From NCBI GenBank assembly GCA_964360815.1, contig CAYHYA010000002.1:1371-65370 (forward strand): 64,000 bases of DNA. The letters run 5' to 3'. Made by a program: the position numbers and the translations under genes. Of the stretch, positions 19,327 to 29,724 are shown piece by piece; the first letter of the stretch is position 1, and each line of letters opens with the position of its first letter. The notes beneath the pieces are model-generated. The model saw nothing but the letters and a program-made list of their open reading frames with translations, had not been told where the DNA came from and searched no databases. The DNA comes from an uncultured Candidatus Saccharibacteria bacterium. GTDB taxonomy: Bacteria > Patescibacteriota > Minisyncoccia > Phycocordibacterales > JACOZG01.

Positions 19327-20658
19327 CTATCTTAAAAATGGCCACCACGTAGATACGTAACCAAGTTTTTTGAGTTTACGCAAATTGTTTTTAATAAAAT
19401 TTAAGCCAATATCGTTGCGGTAGAACATCTTGGGTATGTAGATGAATTTTAAAGTATTTTCTATTTTCCGTCGTGCAGATTTGACACTCAATTCGACCGC
19501 AGTCACATACAGAACGTATCCCTGATCATCAGAGACATAATATTGTTTTTTTTTGTTATCGTTTTTAAGGGCTATCCCCTCAAAATAAACATGTTTAAAA
19601 TTTTTTCTTTCCAAAGATTTATTGAAATAAATGTTTACACCACGAGAGGAAAGATCTTTAAGTTTTTTAGCATAGGGAAACGGGGGAACTGTAACTAGAA
19701 CCACTATTCCGTAACCTCTTTTGTATTTTAACTTGAAATCTTGACCCATGGCGATTGCTTTTAAAAATTTTCCCCAAGAGGATTTATGAAGTTCCATTTG
19801 CAAATAAATAATTGGTGAACCAAAGCGAGGTGTTGCCTCAAGGGGGTAAGCACCAGTATCATTGACAATGCAATTGATTTCTATATCTCCTCGATAATTT
19901 ATTTTTTTAAGGTGTGGTTTTAATCTAGCAAGTGTTTCTCTGAATAACTTATTGTTCTCATTGTTTGAGTACCAAGCCAAAGTCCCCATTTCGCTAGTTG
20001 TTGGCCCAAGATCACCTGGAAAAAATTTCTTATGTTCTATGTTTAATTCTATAGGTCCTACCCAATCGTGACCATTAAAAAACCTGCCCACACCAATTTC
20101 GACACCCTCAATTCTCTGCTGAAGTGTTATTGTTCTAGTCTGCCATTTTGGTTTTAGGGAATAATTTTCTAGTAAATTTATAACATCGCGACTATCATCA
20201 AATCTGGCTACGTAATTTAAACTTTTCGAGGCCATGCCGTTTTGTTTTATTACCCAAGCACCGCTATTTTGTTTTATAAAGTATATGGCATCAGGAATAC
20301 TCTTGAAATCTTTTATTGGCACGGTCTTAATGCCACACTCAGCGAAAACTTCTTGTGCGTACTGTCTGTTAGATTCTAATTTATCTCCTTTAACACAGCC
20401 GCCAAAAACACAGAAACCATCTTTTCTTAATTCGTCTTGTTCTAAACCATACCCAACATCATCAAAAACAATAAGACCCTCTTTACCAACCCAGTCAATA
20501 TCTTTTTTCCAATCCGTCGTCTTTTCTACTAATCCATCGAAGTTTTCTTTTCGATCATCATCATCTATGAATAACCTGACCTCGTTGCCCTCGATTTTGA
20601 GTTGATAGGCCATATGTGTGGCAATCATATTATTGGAAGAGACAAAAAGAATTTTCAT
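19327..20658 (-). CDS. PurD-like ATP-grasp ligase (divergent; lacks the GSGGREH motif)
   Basis: LE.NR.YA, WVIK, EHKKFFPGDLGPTTSEMG (cf. PurD GPNTGGMG), LEATPRFG, YRNDIG. Confidence 0.75.
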   Translation of the reverse strand: MKILFVSSNNMIATHMAYQLKIEGNEVRLFIDDDDRKENFDGLVEKTTDWKKDIDWVGKEGLIVFDDVGYGLEQDELRKDGFCVFGGCVKGDKLESNRQYAQEVFAECGIKTVPIKDFKSIPDAIYFIKQNSGAWVIKQNGMASKSLNYVARFDDSRDVINLLENYSLKPKWQTRTITLQQRIEGVEIGVGRFFNGHDWVGPIELNIEHKKFFPGDLGPTTSEMGTLAWYSNNENNKLFRETLARLKPHLKKINYRGDIEINCIVNDTGAYPLEATPRFGSPIIYLQMELHKSSWGKFLKAIAMGQDFKLKYKRGYGIVVLVTVPPFPYAKKLKDLSSRGVNIYFNKSLERKNFKHVYFEGIALKNDNKKKQYYVSDDQGYVLYVTAVELSVKSARRKIENTLKFIYIPKMFYRNDIGLNFIKNNLRKLKKLGYVSTWWPFLR

Positions 20659-20805
20659 GATATAATCAAGTCGTGGACAAAAAATTAATTGTTGTCGAAA
20701 CCCTGTTGGTTATTCTGGCAGTTTTATCATTGTCCATAACTTTTTACAAAACAGTTATTCTGAGGGATTATCAGATTCTTGAAATACCGGAGTGATCATG
20801 ATTGA

Positions 20806-21213
20806 TTAATTGGTATCATTGTATTTTGTGCCTCTCTCAATGAAACACATCTCAATTTCTTTGGCTGAAAAATAATTTTGAATAAAATCTTTTAAATTTG
20901 TGGACGAGAAGTAGCGACAAGAATAAATATCGATTGAAATAAAATTCTTCAGACTTATTGTGTGTATCTGGACACCACTCTCTATGAGCGGTATCCAGCC
21001 GCTTAATCCTGCCTTATCCGGATATATGCTGGCGTCACTTTTAAATATGAATGGGGGGGATTGTTTTTTCATTTTTAACTCAATTACCATATCCTCAAGA
21101 AATTTATAGTTTAAATTTAAATCATCACAAACCCCACTCCTACAAGCATATAGATCAACGGCCAAAAGATAACCAAAAGGTTTTATTTCCGATTCTTTAG
21201 GAGTTTGTTCCAT
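20806..21213 (-). CDS. Pyruvoyl-dependent decarboxylase, AdoMetDC (SpeD/SpeH) family
   Basis: G..L.VDLY.C, GLSG...LIES.VQIHT self-cleavage site, IDIYSC. Confidence 0.8.
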   Translation of the reverse strand: MEQTPKESEIKPFGYLLAVDLYACRSGVCDDLNLNYKFLEDMVIELKMKKQSPPFIFKSDASIYPDKAGLSGWIPLIESGVQIHTISLKNFISIDIYSCRYFSSTNLKDFIQNYFSAKEIEMCFIERGTKYNDTN

Positions 21214-21252
21214 GATGTTTTAAATATAGCACAAGTATTTAAATAAATCAAT

Positions 21253-22161
21253 TTATCCCAACCAGTAACCACCCAGGACGACCAGGCCGATACCGACTAG
21301 TTTCTGAGTGATTATTTTGGGAGTGATAATTTCCTGACTGATCCGTGGGAAAAAGAGTGTTAGGCCCAATCCGATGATAAAAACAAAAAATGGTTGAAGG
21401 GAATTAGCCAAGAGAACCAAGGCTAGCGGGGCTAACAAACTGGCATATTGTATGATTCCGTCAGCGACAATAGTGATAGTTTCATTTAAAGAATTTAGGC
21501 CGAGGATTTTTGGACCGGAATTTTTTAGAACGTCAAAAAATTGTCGACGATAGTTAGTGATAAAAAGCAGAAATAATCCACCCAAAATTAGCTTACCAAT
21601 CAAAGACCAGAAAACCGACACCCAAAAACCTTCTGTTTGGGCAACTAATTTAAAAACAACACCACTTACAGCATAACCCAGAGAAGCTAGAAGCATCAAC
21701 CAAACTACCTCTTTTTTAAAACGTGGTCGAGGACCAACCAAATCGAAAGATAAAATCAAGGCCCCACACAAAATGATTAGTGAGGCATAAATTTGATGCT
21801 TGGTTAATTGTTCATTCAGCAAGAAATAACCTAGGATATAACCGAAAATCGGGACGGTCTGATAAAACGGGACGACAAAGGTCGCTTCATCTTTTTGGAT
21901 GGAGTAAAAATAACAAAGTAGACTCATGACGACGATCGCGCCACTGAAGGAAAGCAACAATCCCTGACCCAGGGAAACAGACAACAGTGTTGGCTGGATA
22001 AGCCAAACCACCGGCAAGGCCACAACGGCAAAAACTGAAGAAAAAATAATCAGCGATCCGGCCTGATTATCGTGTAGGTGTTTAGAGATTAGATATTTGT
22101 CGATGTGGTTGGTCGTGGCATACAAGAGTGGGCTTAAAAAAACGACGAACAATTTGATCAT
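21253..22161 (-). CDS. EamA/DMT family transporter
   Basis: About 10 TM helices in two repeats, LNEQL and SQE loop motifs. Confidence 0.8.
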   Translation of the reverse strand: MIKLFVVFLSPLLYATTNHIDKYLISKHLHDNQAGSLIIFSSVFAVVALPVVWLIQPTLLSVSLGQGLLLSFSGAIVVMSLLCYFYSIQKDEATFVVPFYQTVPIFGYILGYFLLNEQLTKHQIYASLIILCGALILSFDLVGPRPRFKKEVVWLMLLASLGYAVSGVVFKLVAQTEGFWVSVFWSLIGKLILGGLFLLFITNYRRQFFDVLKNSGPKILGLNSLNETITIVADGIIQYASLLAPLALVLLANSLQPFFVFIIGLGLTLFFPRISQEIITPKIITQKLVGIGLVVLGGYWLG

Positions 22162-22167
22162 TTTAAA

Positions 22168-23241
22168 TTATAGTCCCTCTCCCCCTAATTCCTCAACGAG
22201 TTTGCGGGCTTTTTTGGATAATTTGTCCGGGGTTTTGACTTTGATGTGCACGTAGAGATCCCCGCGGCGATTGGTGCCGATCGGCACACCACGACCCTTT
22301 ACTCGCAAAATTTCCCCACTGGAAATACCGGCCGGGATCTTAATTTTAAGTTGTCCATCGAGCGTCTTCAGGTCATATTCCGTGCCCAAAATCGCTTCGG
22401 TTAGCTTGACCGCCAAATCGGTAACTAAATTATCACCCTCGCGCCGAAAAATCGGGTGTTTTTCAACGTGGACTTTAATGTAAAGATCGCCGGGCGTGCC
22501 CCGAGGCGCGGCTTCGCCGCGCCCGGACAGCCGGATCATTTCACCATCATTGATGCCGGTCGGAATCGAAACCTTGATCTCCTCATTTCGTCGGGCCACT
22601 CCTTGACCATGACATTCGGGGCAACGTTTGTCTGGCACCTCGCCCGTTCCGTTACAATTTTCGCAATCACGAACCGTGGCGAAAGAACCGAGTAGCGAAC
22701 GGCGATTTTCGTGGATCTTACCTTGACCGTTACAATTTGTGCACTTAACTTTACTTGAACCGACGGCCGCTCCCGAACCACTACATTGAGTACAGACGCC
22801 GATTTTGGTGATCAAAATCGTTCGTTCGTTGCCGAAAATCGCCTCGACAAAAGGAATTTGAATATCCACCGAAATATCCCGTCCACGCCGACGCCCTGGT
22901 TGACGACGGTTGCCACCGAAAAATTCGCCAAATAGATCGCCCAAATCAAACTGGAAACCTTGACCATTATTTTCCCCGCCAAAATCAAAATTCCAAGCCC
23001 CATTGGCCCCGCCACCCATACCGGCACCAGTCGCGCCGGCTTCTCCGTAAGTATCGTAAGCTTGGCGTTTTCGCTGATCAGACAAAATCTGATATGCTTC
23101 GTTAACTTCTTTAAATTTAGCTTCATCCCCGCCTTTTTTGTCGGGGTGATATTTATGGGCCAACCGATGAAAGGCCTTCTTTATGTCTTCGGTACTGGCT
23201 TCTCGTCCCAGTCCTAAAACCTGATAATAGTCTCGGGCCAT
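22168..23241 (-). CDS. dnaJ: Chaperone DnaJ
   Basis: HPD motif, G/F region, four CxxCxGxG repeats. Confidence 0.97.
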   Translation of the reverse strand: MARDYYQVLGLGREASTEDIKKAFHRLAHKYHPDKKGGDEAKFKEVNEAYQILSDQRKRQAYDTYGEAGATGAGMGGGANGAWNFDFGGENNGQGFQFDLGDLFGEFFGGNRRQPGRRRGRDISVDIQIPFVEAIFGNERTILITKIGVCTQCSGSGAAVGSSKVKCTNCNGQGKIHENRRSLLGSFATVRDCENCNGTGEVPDKRCPECHGQGVARRNEEIKVSIPTGINDGEMIRLSGRGEAAPRGTPGDLYIKVHVEKHPIFRREGDNLVTDLAVKLTEAILGTEYDLKTLDGQLKIKIPAGISSGEILRVKGRGVPIGTNRRGDLYVHIKVKTPDKLSKKARKLVEELGGEGL

Positions 23242-23243
23242 AA

Positions 23244-25100
23244 TTATTTGGTTTCCGCGTCGCGAACGTTTTCGCCGCCCGGACCGGCGGTGTTCCGCAG
23301 GGCTTCGCCAATTTTCATCATTACTGACGACAGTTCTTCGCTGGCCCGCTTAATTTCTTCGCTGGTACCACTGTCGCGCAATTTTTTCAGGTTGGCGATT
23401 TTTTCTTCAACTTCCTTTTTTAAGTCAGCAGAAATTTTATCCCCGGCATCTTTAATCGCTTTTTCGGCGGTGTAGGTTAGTTGATCAGCCGAGTTTCTGG
23501 TTTCAATTTCATCTTTCTTTTTTTTGTCTTCTTCGGCGTGGAGCTCGGCTTCTTTTTTCATACGCTCGATATCTTCGGCGGTTAAGCTAGAGCGAGCTTC
23601 AATCCTAATTGATTGTTCTCGTCCGGTCGTTTTATCTTTAGCTTTGACGCTTAAAATTCCGTTGGCGTCAACGTCAAAAGACACTTCCACCTGCGGTAAG
23701 CCGCGTGGTGACGGCGGTAAACCGTCCAAAATGAACCGGCCGAGACTTTTGTTGTCGGCGGCCAAAGGTCGCTCACCCTGAATGACGTGGATCTCAACGG
23801 AAGTTTGGTTGTCCGCCGCGGTTGAAAAAATTTGTGATTTCGAGGCCGGGATGGTGACATTGCGTTCAATAATTTTGGTACTAACACCGCCCATTGTTTC
23901 GATTCCGAGCGAGAGCGGAATCACATCAAGAAGCAGAACATCTTTAACATCACCCTGAAAGATGCCGGCCTGAATCGCCGCTCCGATCGCCACCACTTCA
24001 TCAGGATTAATCGAACGGTTTGGTTCCTTGCCGAAGAATTTCCTGACCGCCCCAATGATTGCCGGCATGCGCGTTTGTCCGCCGACCAAAATTAGTTCAT
24101 CAATTTCGGAAATTTTATAGCCCGAAGCGTCCAGAGCCCGACGAGTGATCTCGATTGATCGTTCGATAAACTCCCTAGCTAGTTCTTCCAGTTTGGCGCG
24201 GGTCAGTTTAAGCAGAAGATGTTTCGGGCCATTCTGATCAGAAGTGACAAACGGGATGTTGATCTCGGTTTCTAAAGTTTCTGATAGTTCGTGTTTGGCT
24301 TTTTCGGCAGCTTCCTTCAGACGTTGCAGGGCGAGAGAGTCTTTAGTGATATCAATGCCGGAATCCTTTTTAAATTCATCAGCCACCCAGCGAATAATTT
24401 TTTGGTCAATATCGTCACCGCCCATGTGCGAGTCACCGTCGGTTGATTTAACTTGAATACTTTGTTCTCCTTCTTCCCCGGTAATATCGAGAACCGAGAT
24501 ATCGAAGGTGCCACCACCAAAATCGTAAACCACAATCTTCTCGTCTTTCTTTTTGTTAAAACCATAGGCCAAGGCGGCCGCCGTAGGTTCATTGATAATC
24601 CGTTTAACTTTGAAACCGGCGATCTCGCCGGCGTCGCGCGTCGCCTTGCGTTGTGAATCGTCGAAATAGGCCGGAACGGTGATTACCGCTTCCTCGATTT
24701 TTTCACCCAGCTTTGCTTCGGCGTCACGCTTCAATTTCTGAAGAATCATCGCCGAAATTTCTTCCGGGCGGTTATACTTTTCTCCCAGTTTGACCTTAAC
24801 TCCCCCATCGCTCGATTGCTCAATCGTAAAGGGCACAATCTCGCGATCGCGTTTAACGTGGGGATCATCAAAACGATGACCCATTAAGCGTTTGATCCCA
24901 AAAATCGTGTTGGCCGGATTAGTCACCGCCTGTCGTTTGGCCAACAAACCAACCAATCTTTCGCCAGATTTGGAAAAAGAAACAATTGACGGGGTTGTTC
25001 GCGCGCCCTCACTGTTTTCGATAATTTTCGGTGCGCCACCCTCGATATAGGCCATGGCTGAATAGGTGGTGCCGAGATCAATACCAAGAATTTTTGCCAT
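23244..25100 (-). CDS. dnaK: Chaperone DnaK
   Basis: [31 protein letters not shown]. Confidence 0.98.
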   Translation of the reverse strand: MAKILGIDLGTTYSAMAYIEGGAPKIIENSEGARTTPSIVSFSKSGERLVGLLAKRQAVTNPANTIFGIKRLMGHRFDDPHVKRDREIVPFTIEQSSDGGVKVKLGEKYNRPEEISAMILQKLKRDAEAKLGEKIEEAVITVPAYFDDSQRKATRDAGEIAGFKVKRIINEPTAAALAYGFNKKKDEKIVVYDFGGGTFDISVLDITGEEGEQSIQVKSTDGDSHMGGDDIDQKIIRWVADEFKKDSGIDITKDSLALQRLKEAAEKAKHELSETLETEINIPFVTSDQNGPKHLLLKLTRAKLEELAREFIERSIEITRRALDASGYKISEIDELILVGGQTRMPAIIGAVRKFFGKEPNRSINPDEVVAIGAAIQAGIFQGDVKDVLLLDVIPLSLGIETMGGVSTKIIERNVTIPASKSQIFSTAADNQTSVEIHVIQGERPLAADNKSLGRFILDGLPPSPRGLPQVEVSFDVDANGILSVKAKDKTTGREQSIRIEARSSLTAEDIERMKKEAELHAEEDKKKKDEIETRNSADQLTYTAEKAIKDAGDKISADLKKEVEEKIANLKKLRDSGTSEEIKRASEELSSVMMKIGEALRNTAGPGGENVRDAETK

Positions 25101-25130
25101 AGTAAAAATTTTTAACTTATTATTAAAAAA

Positions 25131-25682
25131 TTAGATCGTGCCAACTCTCACTTGGGCAGGTCGAATTACTCGTCCATGCAAGCAATAACCCTTTTGCACC
25201 ACTTCCAGCACCCGATTGACCGATTTTTCGTCAGTTGTTTTAACCAACTCTAAGGCGTGATGCTTTAAAGGATCAAAATTTTCTCCGGCTGAGCTGATTT
25301 CCGTCAATCCATACTGCTTTAAGATTCCGGAGAGTTTAGCATAAATGTATTCTATGCCCGTTCGCCAGTTTTTGTCAACCGCTTCCCAGGCCGAACGATT
25401 AGCGAACGCTAACTCAAAACTGTCGGCCAAGCCAATCAATTCGTTCAGGAGTGGCTCATTGGCAAATTTGACCGCCGCCGCCTGATTCGACTCATTTTCT
25501 CTTTTCAAATTTAGGTAGTCGGCTTTCAGGCGTTGCGACATGGCCAAATATTCTTGTTTTTCCGTTTGGCACTGCTTCAATTCTGCCCGCAATTGTTTTA
25601 TTTTGGGCAAAAAGTTTTCGGGTAAATCGTCCTCGGGAACAATTTCTTCCTCGTCGTTGATTGGTTCTCCTGTTGTCTCCAT
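25131..25682 (-). CDS. grpE: Nucleotide exchange factor GrpE
   Basis: ADY.N.KR, FDP.KH.A, QKGY.LHGRVIRPAQV. Confidence 0.95.
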   Translation of the reverse strand: METTGEPINDEEEIVPEDDLPENFLPKIKQLRAELKQCQTEKQEYLAMSQRLKADYLNLKRENESNQAAAVKFANEPLLNELIGLADSFELAFANRSAWEAVDKNWRTGIEYIYAKLSGILKQYGLTEISSAGENFDPLKHHALELVKTTDEKSVNRVLEVVQKGYCLHGRVIRPAQVRVGTI

Positions 25683-25686
25683 TCGT

Positions 25687-26106
25687 TTAACGTTTACTCC
25701 ACTGTGGTGCCTTGCGTGCTTTTTTTAGGCCGAATTTGCGCCGCTCCTTCATCCTGGAATCACGACGCAAGAGTAGTAATTTTTTAAGCCCCGAACGGAG
25801 TCCGCCATCTTGAAGACAGAGCGCTCGAGCCAGACCGTGCGAAACGGCTCCCGCTTGAGAAGACAGGCCACTACCGATCACTTTTATCTTAATCTCCACC
25901 GGCGTGGCTTCGGGACGAGCCGCGAGTGGCGCCAGTGCCACCTGTTTTAATTCGAGGGTAGGAAAATATATTTCGAGTGGACGACCATTGATCACCACTG
26001 AATTTTTGGTGGCAGAAAATAAACGCACTCGAGCAATCGCCGTTTTTCGTCGGCCAACCGCTTCAATATACCGCTCCTCGGAAAGTTTTTTGCTTTTTTT
26101 AATCAT
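25687..26106 (-). CDS. rpsI: 30S ribosomal protein S9
   Basis: GRRKTAIARV...ERRKFGLKKARKAPQWSKR. Confidence 0.97.
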   Translation of the reverse strand: MIKKSKKLSEERYIEAVGRRKTAIARVRLFSATKNSVVINGRPLEIYFPTLELKQVALAPLAARPEATPVEIKIKVIGSGLSSQAGAVSHGLARALCLQDGGLRSGLKKLLLLRRDSRMKERRKFGLKKARKAPQWSKR

Positions 26107-26453
26107 TCTTCAACCGTTAAATTTTTAAGCATCTGATCGCGCAGTTTGTTGTTCGGCAGCATCCCCTTAATGGTCGAACGAAACACGCCGTCATAGCCAC
26201 CCTTCTTGAGTCGTTGATCAAGGGTGACAAATTTCAAACCACCCGGGTAACCGCTGTAACGAGCCGTCCGATCAGTTAGTCTTTTCTTGGCCGACCACCG
26301 CACGCGCGCGGCATTGATGATTTTAACCCTGATCGTCGGCAACTGGTTCCGCTCGAAAGTCGGACTGGTTTTACCACGCAAATTAGCGGCGGCTTGACTC
26401 GCCACCCGACCGAAGAATTTTTCCGTTGCGTCAATAATTACGGGCATGATCAA
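26103..26453 (-). CDS. rplM: 50S ribosomal protein L13 (short)
   Basis: IDA...GRVAS..A..LRGK, YSGYPGGLK, GMLP.NKLR. Confidence 0.94.
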   Translation of the reverse strand: MIMPVIIDATEKFFGRVASQAAANLRGKTSPTFERNQLPTIRVKIINAARVRWSAKKRLTDRTARYSGYPGGLKFVTLDQRLKKGGYDGVFRSTIKGMLPNNKLRDQMLKNLTVEE

Positions 26454-26804
26454 TTAAACAAATTCAATAATCGCCAACCGACTACCATCACTTAAGCGCG
26501 GTGGTAACTTGCTAATCCGCGTGTATCCACCCGGGCGATTAGCATAGCGCGGCGCAATCTCGCGAGTAAGTTTCTGCACGGCGCTGGTTCTCCCCAAACG
26601 AGCGATCAACAATCGCTGACTCGCGAGATCACCGCGCCGAGCGCGGGTAACCAGCTTTTCCACAAACGGCCGCAGGGACTTGGCGCGGGCTTCGGTGGTC
26701 TTAATCTTCCCCCGCCCAATCATGGCCACGGCTAAAGACCTTATCAGGGCACGCCGCGCGCCGGCTTCTCGACCAAATTTTCTATTTTGATTGTGGTGTC
26801 TCAC
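26454..26804 (-). CDS. rplQ: 50S ribosomal protein L17
   Basis: MRH...RKFGR, IKTTEARAK, RPGGYTRI. Confidence 0.97.
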   Translation of the reverse strand: MRHHNQNRKFGREAGARRALIRSLAVAMIGRGKIKTTEARAKSLRPFVEKLVTRARRGDLASQRLLIARLGRTSAVQKLTREIAPRYANRPGGYTRISKLPPRLSDGSRLAIIEFV

Positions 26805-27805
26805 GGTTTTAATTCTAAATTCTCACGCCGCAAAAGCTTTTTTATTTCTTCTATCGCTTTCTGTCCAAGTCCTTCGATTTCGAGCAGGTCGGCTTCGCGT
26901 TTTCTGGTTAGACCGCCAATTGTCCGGATCCCAGAGTTTGAAAGCGCGCGAATCACGCGTGGCGGAAGCTCCAGATCTTCAACACGAGTTTTCAATAAAT
27001 CGACGTCTTGAGGACGGCGCTCCGTTGATCTTTCGGCTGAATCAACGATCTCTTTGTCGTCAGACAGTCGTTTGGCCGAAACGGCTTCAATTTCACTGAC
27101 GATGGGCTCTTCTTCCTTGAAGCCGACGATGGCTCGCAACTGGCTGATCATAATTTCAATTGATTTTTCCAGGGCCTCGCGCGGATTCATACTACCGTCA
27201 GTTTCGATATTTAGTCGCAAACGATTATAGTCAGTCCGATCGCCAACTCGCATGTTTTCCACCTCGTAACTAACCCGACGAATCGGGGTGAACGAAACGT
27301 CCAAGATAATCGTACCAATCGCCGCCGGTCGAGTTAACTGTAAAACCTCTTTGGGAATGTAGCCAATCCCTTTTTCGATAGTCAGCTCGATTTCCAAAAC
27401 CGCCTCTTTGTCGGTGAGAGTGGCAACGATCTGGTCAGGATTAACCACCTCGATCTGGCCGCCCACCACAATATCACCGGCCGTGACCGTCTTCGCGCCT
27501 TTAACCTTAATTGTGGCGGTTTGAGTTTCATCACCGGCCTGCTTAAAACGCACCTTTTTTAAATTAAGAATGATGGAAATAACGTCTTCCTTAACCCCCG
27601 GAAGCGTTGAGAATTCGTGTGGCGCGCCGGTGACCTTAAGCGAGGTTACGGCGGTGCCAATAATCGAGGATAAAATAATTCTTCGCAAAGAATTGCCGAG
27701 GGTTTGTCCATAACCGGGATAGAGACCCTCGATTTCATAAGTGCCACGGTTGTTATCCTCGGCGACGATTCTCGGTTTAGACGGTAAAATAATGTTTAGT
27801 TCCAT
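26801..27805 (-). CDS. rpoA: RNA polymerase alpha subunit
   Basis: GYGQTLGNSLRRIILSS, HEFSTLPGVKED, alpha-CTD. Confidence 0.97.
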   Translation of the reverse strand: MELNIILPSKPRIVAEDNNRGTYEIEGLYPGYGQTLGNSLRRIILSSIIGTAVTSLKVTGAPHEFSTLPGVKEDVISIILNLKKVRFKQAGDETQTATIKVKGAKTVTAGDIVVGGQIEVVNPDQIVATLTDKEAVLEIELTIEKGIGYIPKEVLQLTRPAAIGTIILDVSFTPIRRVSYEVENMRVGDRTDYNRLRLNIETDGSMNPREALEKSIEIMISQLRAIVGFKEEEPIVSEIEAVSAKRLSDDKEIVDSAERSTERRPQDVDLLKTRVEDLELPPRVIRALSNSGIRTIGGLTRKREADLLEIEGLGQKAIEEIKKLLRRENLELKP

Positions 27806-27844
27806 GGTTTTATTTTTAAAAAATTATTAATTAATGCTCAAAAT

Positions 27845-28438
27845 CTAAACTCGGCTATAAAAATCCATGATGGCATCGAAATTCAAATTAACTTCAGCTT
27901 CGCCCATTGTCGCCAGGGCTTTGATCATGCCCTCGCCGGTTCCGGTGATGTTCACCCAGGTCGGTGATTGGTAATCCTTCAAACGTTCGGCCAAATTTCG
28001 AAAAGGACCTTTTTCCCGACTGCCGGAGCGAATACTAATTCGATCGCCAACTTGCACGGCGTAAGATGGAATGTTCACCCGACGATCATTAACCATAATG
28101 TGGCCGTGCGTGAGGGCTTGCCGTGCCGCCGCGCGAGACGGGGCGAAACCCAAACGAAAGATGACGTTGTCCAAACGTGACTCTAGGGCTCGATACAAAT
28201 TTTCTCTGACTCGGCTCTTTTTTACATACAAGGAAAACTGCCTCTCGTTGATGCCGTAAGTGTAACGGGCTTTCTGTTTCTCGCGTAGTTGACTGCTATA
28301 TTCGGAGCTGTTTCGACGGGGTTGATTGGAGTTCGGACGGTTTTGACTGCCGGAAATACTAAACTTGGTAGTTTGACACTTAGGAAAAACTTGCTCACCT
28401 AGGCGCCGACAGATCTTATATTTTGGGCCAATTTTCAT
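27845..28438 (-). CDS. rpsD: 30S ribosomal protein S4
   Basis: GPKYKICRRLG, QLREKQK, LESRLDNV. Confidence 0.97.
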   Translation of the reverse strand: MKIGPKYKICRRLGEQVFPKCQTTKFSISGSQNRPNSNQPRRNSSEYSSQLREKQKARYTYGINERQFSLYVKKSRVRENLYRALESRLDNVIFRLGFAPSRAAARQALTHGHIMVNDRRVNIPSYAVQVGDRISIRSGSREKGPFRNLAERLKDYQSPTWVNITGTGEGMIKALATMGEAEVNLNFDAIMDFYSRV

Positions 28439-28470
28439 GTTTAATACTTTTTTGTTCTGGTTGATTAAAA

Positions 28471-28896
28471 CTAAACTCGGCGCGGTTTGCGCGGTTTGGG
28501 ACCATTAAACGGAATCGGGGTGGCGTCTTTGATGGAATTCAAGTTAATCCCCTTAGCGGCGAAAGCCCTTAAGGCCGCTTCGCGGCCAGCCCCGACCCCC
28601 TTAATAATAATATCCACTTCTTTGATCCCGAGGTCAAGGGCCTGATCGGCCAAGCGCTCCCCCACCTTGCCGGCGGCAAAAGTTGTCCCCTTTTTTGCTC
28701 CAGAGAAGCCGAGTGCGCCGCTCGATGTCCAAAGAACCAAGTTTCCTTCGCCATCGTGTAGAGCAAGTTTGGTGTTGTTGTAGGTGGCCTGGATATGGAG
28801 CAATCCGTGAGTGAGTTTGCGCTTCGCCGCCGCTCGACCACCAGCCGTTGGCGTGATGGTGGTACCCGATTGAGCGACGATTCGTTTTTTCCCCAT
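28471..28896 (-). CDS. rpsK: 30S ribosomal protein S11
   Basis: ATYNNT, GF.GAKKGT, D.TPIPFNG.KPRKPRRV. Confidence 0.97.
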   Translation of the reverse strand: MGKKRIVAQSGTTITPTAGGRAAAKRKLTHGLLHIQATYNNTKLALHDGEGNLVLWTSSGALGFSGAKKGTTFAAGKVGERLADQALDLGIKEVDIIIKGVGAGREAALRAFAAKGINLNSIKDATPIPFNGPKPRKPRRV

Positions 28897-28920
28897 GTTC
28901 GATTAATTAAGTACACTAAC

Positions 28921-29301
28921 TTATTTCTTCTCCAGTTTTTTTCGTCCCGAGCCCATGGTTTTTCGAACATTGCCGCGCCGGGTTCGCGAATTGGTTTTAG
29001 TCCGCTGACCGCGAACCGGTAAATGTCGCGCGTGACGTTGGCCGCGATAAGATTTAATGTCAACCAGCCGTTTAATGTTTGAAGAAATTTCCCGTTTGAG
29101 GGCCCCTTCAATTTTTTGTTCTTCGACCAATTTCCTAATTCGATTTTCTTCCTCGGTGTTTAGTTTGGCCGAACTGATCCCGAAATCAACCTTGGCCGCC
29201 GTGAGAATGGTTTGCGCCCGGCGCCGACCAACGCCGTAAATCGCCGTCAGGGCAATTTCGAGACGTTTGTTTTCGGGCAAAGTGACGCCGGCAATTCTCA
29301 T
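28921..29301 (-). CDS. rpsM: 30S ribosomal protein S13
   Basis: RIAGV, LTAIYGVG, LPVRGQRTKTNSRT. Confidence 0.97.
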   Translation of the reverse strand: MRIAGVTLPENKRLEIALTAIYGVGRRRAQTILTAAKVDFGISSAKLNTEEENRIRKLVEEQKIEGALKREISSNIKRLVDIKSYRGQRHARHLPVRGQRTKTNSRTRRGNVRKTMGSGRKKLEKK

Positions 29302-29310
29302 GGAATAAAA

Positions 29311-29427
29311 TTAGGCCTGCTTCTGCTTGTGCCGAGGTTTACTTCGGCACACCACATAAAGATGGCCACGACGTCGAACCATCTGGCATTTAGCGCAACG
29401 TTTTTTAATTGTTGATTGAACATGCAT
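29311..29427 (-). CDS. rpmJ: 50S ribosomal protein L36
   Basis: Manual translation MHVQSTIKKRCAKCQMVRRRGHLYVVCRSKPRHKQKQA (38 aa); below ORF-track cutoff. Confidence 0.95.
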   Translation of the reverse strand: MHVQSTIKKRCAKCQMVRRRGHLYVVCRSKPRHKQKQA

Positions 29428-29457
29428 TTAAATATAAATAAAAAATTGTTTTATGGT

Positions 29458-29691
29458 TTATAGTCTTTTGATGATTCGGGCGCGCCCACCGTAGGGGTCA
29501 AGCCAGAGTTCGACTCGATCACCAACCAAAACCTTAATTCGATGCCAACGCATTTTACCAGCCAAATAAGCTAAAATTTCTTGACCGGTTCCCTCTAAAG
29601 AAACACGAAATAAAACGTTAGGCAAGGCCTCAATGACCACGCCGATCACTGGCTCATTCGTCTTTTGCTCGGTCGCCTCAATCGCTTTCAA
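29458..29691 (-). CDS. infA: Translation initiation factor IF-1
   Basis: [30 protein letters not shown]. Confidence 0.96.
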   Translation of the reverse strand: MKAIEATEQKTNEPVIGVVIEALPNVLFRVSLEGTGQEILAYLAGKMRWHRIKVLVGDRVELWLDPYGGRARIIKRL

Positions 29692-29724
29692 TTTGCCTGT
29701 GTTTTTATCCTAACAAACATTGCT

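Noticed and set aside
19327-20658. Calling this gene purD
   Set aside because: N-terminal GSGGREH motif is missing, no other purine genes are nearby, and the context is atypical.
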